Positions 62,991 to 64,000 of a DNA stretch of 64,000 bases are shown in pieces. This stretch comes from an uncultured Planctomycetota bacterium. Its GTDB lineage: Bacteria > Planctomycetota > Planctomycetia > Pirellulales > Lacipirellulaceae. Position numbers and translations under genes: made by a program. The notes beneath the pieces are model-generated. The model saw nothing but the letters and a program-made list of their open reading frames with translations. It was not told the DNA's origin and did not search any database. The stretch is from positions 672,001 through 736,000 of the forward strand of contig CAVRBU010000002.1 in assembly GCA_963719315.1 (NCBI GenBank), read 5' to 3'. Position 1 is the first letter of the stretch. Every line of letters begins with the position of its first letter.

Positions 62991-63069
62991 AGACAAGGAG
63001 ACAAGGAGAGGGGGAGACAAGGAGATCTGTTTACAGCGTCTCGCCGAAAGCCTCTTTGTAACCTTGTCT
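62991..63069. repeat. Octamer array with one inverted unit
   Basis: AGACAAGG AGACAAGG AGAGGGGG AGACAAGG ... CCTTGTCT. Confidence 0.7.
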
Positions 63070-63099
63070 CACTTTCGCGTCGGCCTCGACTTGGCCGAC

Positions 63100-64000
63100 T
63101 TATTGCAAATTATTCGCCGTAATTCCCGGCCAATCGTCCGTACGAAACGGCGTCACGGGCAGTAGCGACGTGCTATACAAGTTGCACACTGGGTTGTCGG
63201 CCCAAGCATATCGCACCGCCACCGGCTCCTTGACCTCTTTGCTCGAAACTTCGACCTGATTCGGCTTCACGATCTTCGCATCAGCCCAGTGCCATTTGCG
63301 ATCCTCGCCGGCTATGGCGAAGCCCTGCACGGTAGCATTATCAACAACGCGCAGCCCACCGTCGACGTCCTTGAACTTCAAGACGATCTTGTCGCCTTGC
63401 TTCTCCATCGCCTCGTAACGTGGGCTCTCGTTCTCGACTTTCTTCCCGTAATCGTGCGCCAGCGCCAGCCGCGCCAGCCGACGACCGACCTCCAACTTTT
63501 TCTTGGGGTGAATGTCTGATGCCTCACCCAGGTCAATGATCACGGCCTGCCCCGTGTTGGGCAGTTTATCTTGCGTCATCGTTTGCGCTTTGCGCAACTC
63601 AGCCCAAGCGCTGTCCCCGGGCTCCGGCTTCTCGGCCATGAAGTCGGCCAGTTGCACCCAATAAAATGGAAAGTCGCCTTCTTTCCAATCCTCGCGCCAC
63701 GACTCGATCATCAGCGGAAACATATCGCGATACTGATACGCCCGGCCCGCGTTCGATTCGCCCTGATACCAGATAACGCCGCGGATCGCATAGGGCATCA
63801 CCGGCTCGACGCGGGCATGATACAGGTTGGCTGGGCGATGTTGGCCAAGCGCCGGATCGTTGGCCAGCGGCCGGTTCGGCGGCGCATGCTTTCCGGCTTT
63901 CTTCGCGGCCTCGGCCTGCTTGCGCCACGCTGCCCAGTCGACTTTCCACTTGGCCTCGTCGAAATTCTTTACGGAGTCGTCCCACTTCTTAATCAAGCCC
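63100..64000 (-). CDS. Sialate O-acetylesterase (SASA/SGNH) family protein (5' part outside window)
   Basis: RGVIWYQGESNA, PFYWVQLADF, DIHPKKK, VRYAWADNP, PFRTDDW. Confidence 0.92.
   Translation of the reverse strand, partial: GLIKKWDDSVKNFDEAKWKVDWAAWRKQAEAAKKAGKHAPPNRPLANDPALGQHRPANLYHARVEPVMPYAIRGVIWYQGESNAGRAYQYRDMFPLMIESWREDWKEGDFPFYWVQLADFMAEKPEPGDSAWAELRKAQTMTQDKLPNTGQAVIIDLGEASDIHPKKKLEVGRRLARLALAHDYGKKVENESPRYEAMEKQGDKIVLKFKDVDGGLRVVDNATVQGFAIAGEDRKWHWADAKIVKPNQVEVSSKEVKEPVAVRYAWADNPVCNLYSTSLLPVTPFRTDDWPGITANNLQ

Overview
GC-rich bacterial chromosomal segment, most likely a planctomycete (Pirellulales/Lacipirellulaceae-like). The inference rests on a BBP7-type beta-barrel, sulfatases, and three secreted proteins ending in GDYNxxGxVDxADYxxWR plus PEP-CTERM. 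No rRNA, tRNA or CRISPR array was recognised. Highlights: (1) a Type III R-M operon (1.9-7.0 kb) whose mod carries an (AG)9 tract at its frame break. A RAYT-like HUH transposase preceded by a perfect 61-bp palindrome lies between mod and res, and the block is bracketed by two near-identical REP doublets. (2) A 15-kb cluster (14.6-29.6 kb) with two ATP-grasp ligase/peptidase modules, CorA, MgtE and MscS. One module is N-formylglutamate amidohydrolase + QEGLA/MATCAP-type metallopeptidase + GshB-like ligase + translationally coupled zinc-ribbon Ser/Thr kinase. (3) An IS630 element truncating a beta-helix surface-protein gene. (4) Many 7-, 8- and 9-nt periodic repeat hairpins, one inserted in-frame in the ComM/YifB gene. 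Many genes carry 1-2 nt frameshifts typical of long-read consensus errors, so pseudogene calls are tentative. All family assignments come from motif recognition, not database searches.
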